Assembly: GCA_964057225.1 (NCBI GenBank)
Contig: OZ059900.1
Location: 7,192,001-7,256,000, forward strand
Length of the DNA: 64,000 nt
Source of the DNA: Auanema rhodensis
Lineage: Eukaryota; Animalia; Nematoda
Direction: 5' to 3'
This document shows, one piece after another, positions 61,201 to 64,000 of the stretch (position 1 is its first letter; every line of letters begins with the position of its first letter). A program made the position numbers and the translations under genes. The notes beneath the pieces were generated by a model. That model was not told where the DNA came from. It made no database searches and saw only the letters and a list, made by a program, of their open reading frames with translations.

Positions 61201-64000
61201 ATATATGTTCAATTTTAACCACTTTGGTCAAAAAGGACCGAAAATATCAAGAATTATTGGTTTTTTGGGGTTTGAAGGGCATTTTGGCAAAATCAGTCAA
61301 ACTTTTGATCTTAAGCATATTGTTTTCTTCTAAAACGACTAAATGTATGAAATACTGTCATAGAATGTTCATATATGTGTATTTTGCACGAATATCAAAA
61401 CTGATTGAAATATGGGCCTTTTTATGCTCAAAACGCCATATATTCAACGATTTTGGGTACAAAACATGTGAAAACTGTATGTTTTGATCAGACCCTTTGA
61501 GATATGGATTTGAATTTCAGGATTCATAAACTTTGACTATTTCCACATATATATGTTCAATTTTAACCACTTTGGTCAAAAAGGACCGAAAATATCAAGA
61601 ATTATTGGTTTTTTGGGGTTTGAAGAGCATTTTGGCAAAATCAGTCAAACTTTTGATCTTAAGCATATTTTTTTCTTCTAAAACAACTAAATGTATGAAA
61701 TACTTTCATAGAATGTTCATATAGGTGTATTTTGCACGAATATCAAAACTGATTGAAATATGGGCCTTTTTATGCTCAAAACGCCATATATTCAACGATT
61801 TTGGGTACAAAACATGTGAAAACTGTATGTTTTGATCAGACCCTTTGAGATATGAATTTGAATTTGAGGATTCATAAACTTTGACTATTTTCACATATAT
61901 ATTTTCAATTTTAACCACTTTGGTCAAAAAGGACCGAAAATATCAAGAATTATTGGTTTTTTGGGGTTTGAAGGGCATTTTGGCAAAATCAGTCAAACTT
62001 TTGATCTTAAACATATTTTTTTCTTCTAAAACAAACGCCATATATTCAACGATTTTGGGTACAAAACATGTGAAAACTGTATGTTTTGATCAGACCCTTT
62101 GAGATATGGATTTGAATTTCAGGATTCATAAACTTTGACTATTTCCACATATATATGTTCAATTTTAACCACTTTGGTCAAAAAGGACCGAAAATATCAA
62201 GAATTATTGGTTTTTTGGGGTTTGAAGAGCATTTTGGCAAAATCAGTCAAACTTTTGATCTTAAGCATATTTTTTTCTTCTAAAACAACTAAATGTATGA
62301 AATACTTTCATAGAATGTTCATATAGGTGTATTTTGCACGAATATCAAAACTGATTGAAATATGGGCCTTTTTATGCTCAAAACGCCATATATTCAACGA
62401 TTTTGGGTACAAAACATGTGAAAACTGTATGTTTTGATCAGACCCTTTGAGATATGAATTTGAATTTGAGGATTCATAAACTTTGACTATTTTCACATAT
62501 ATATTTTCAATTTTAACCACTTTGGTCAAAAAGGACCGAAAATATCAAGAATTATTGGTTTTTTGGGGTTTGAAGGGCATTTTGGCAAAATCAGTCAAAC
62601 TTTTGATCTTAAGCATATTTTTTTCTTCTAAAACAACTAAATGTATGAAATACTTTCATAGAATGTTCATATAGGTGTATTTTGCACGAATATCAAAACT
62701 GATTGAAATATGGGCCTTTTTATGCTCAAAACGCCATATATTCAACGATTTTGGGTACAAAACATGTGAAAACTGTATGTTTTGATCAGACCCTTTGAGA
62801 TATGGATTTGAATTTCAGGATTCATAAACTTTGACTATTTTCACATATATATGTTCAATTTTAACCACTTTGGTCAAAAAGGACCGAAAATATCAAGAAT
62901 TATTGGTTTTTTGGGGTTTGAAGAGCATTTTGGCAAAATCAGTCAAACTTTTGATCTTAAGCATATTTTTTTCTTCTAAAACAACTAAATGTATGAAATA
63001 CTTTCATAGAATGTTCATATAGGTGTATTTTGCACGAATATCAAAACTTATTGAAATATGGGTCTTTTTATGCTCAAAACGCCATATATTCAACGATTTT
63101 GGGTACAAAACATGTGAAAACTGTATGTTTTGATCAGACCCTTTGAGATATGGATTTGAAATTCAGGATTCATAAACTTTGACTATTTTCACATATATAT
63201 GTCCAATTTTAACCACTTTGGTCAAAAAGGACCGAAAATATCAAGAATTATTGGTTTTTTGGGGTTTGAAGGGCATTTTGGCAAAATCAGTCAAACTTTT
63301 GATCTTAAGCATATTTTTTTCTTCTAAAACAACTAAATGTATGAAATACTTTCATAGAATGTTCATATATGTGTATTTTGCACGAATATCAAAACTGATT
63401 GAAATATGGGCCTTTTTATGCTCAAAACGCCATATATTCAACGATTTTGGGTACAAAACATGTGAAAACTGTATGTTTTGATCAGACCCTTTGAGATATG
63501 GATTTGAATTTCAGGATTCATAAACTTTGACTATTTTCACATATATATGTTCAATTTTAACCACTTTGGTCGAAAAGGACCGAAAATATCAAGAATTATT
63601 GGTTTTTTGGGGTTTGAAGAGCATTTTGGCAAAATCAGTCAAACTTTTGATCTTAAGCATATTTTTTTCTTCTAAAACAACTAAATGTATGAAATACTTT
63701 CATAGAATGTTCATATAGGTGTATTTTGCACGAATATCAAAACTGATTGAAATATGGGTCTTTTTATGCTCAAAACGCCATATATTCAACGATTTTGGGT
63801 ACAAAACATGTGAAAACTGTATGTTTTGATCAGACCCTTTGAGATATGGATTTGAAATTCAGGATTCATAAACTTTGACTATTTTCACATATATATGTTC
63901 AATTTTAACCACTTTGGTCAAAAAGGACCGAAAATATCAAGAATTATTGGTTTTTTGGGGTTTGAAGGGCATTTTGGCAAAATCAGTCAAACTTTTGATC

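Larger units (their letters stand above)
16995..64000. repeat. Tandem satellite array, 348-bp monomer (occasional 349-bp), ~135 head-to-tail copies, runs off the window end
   Basis: Near-identical sequence recurs every 348 nt (e.g. ttgactatttt at 17323, 17671, 18019 ... 63527). Monomers differ at only a few recurrent positions. The 349-bp copies carry GGGGG instead of GGGG. All copies are in one orientation. Confidence 0.99.

Noticed and set aside
17323-63718. Well over 100 repeated 63/73/100-aa ORFs (MTIFTYICS..., MTKVVKIEH...) as a tandem gene family
   Set aside because: They start at TTG rather than ATG, overlap on both strands, and are toggled by recurrent stop (tag/tat) and +1 G frameshift variants. 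No domain is recognisable. They are a by-product of the satellite.
16995-64000. CRISPR array, rDNA/5S, SL-RNA, tRNA or histone tandem cluster
   Set aside because: There are no unique spacers, no Pol III A/B boxes or cloverleaf, no SL1 leader, and no rRNA or histone similarity that I can recognise; the context is eukaryotic.

Overview
AT-rich eukaryotic DNA, almost certainly from a nematode and probably a rhabditid; this is inferred from protein homology and from 39-73 nt GT-AG introns. (1) 1-9,000 is mostly non-coding, with microsatellites, two decayed copies of a dispersed repeat and one possible small 2-TM ORF on the minus strand. (2) 9,093-16,076 (+) is a complete long-type ABCC/MRP transporter gene (mrp-1-like). 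I assembled it by hand into 34 exons (4,584 nt, 1,527 aa). It carries two equal-length 156-nt homologous exons (13,559-13,714 and 14,031-14,186) that look mutually exclusive. They encode the TM14-TM15 substrate-specificity region and are flanked by candidate RNA pairing elements and FOX-1/SUP-12/ASD-2-type motifs. One splice junction (10,536-10,581) cannot be closed with a canonical GT without losing conserved residues. (3) From about 16,995 to the window end is a head-to-tail 348-bp satellite of about 135 near-identical copies. It has a decayed edge, strong 10-bp An/Tn periodicity, an internal ~174-bp dimer, dyad elements, and local 2-, 3-, 4-, 6-, 7- and 8-monomer higher-order duplications. 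All ORF-track entries inside the array are artefacts. The gene-to-satellite junction contains a GGC...GCC degenerate palindrome and is a candidate programmed-DNA-elimination boundary; this is a hypothesis only.
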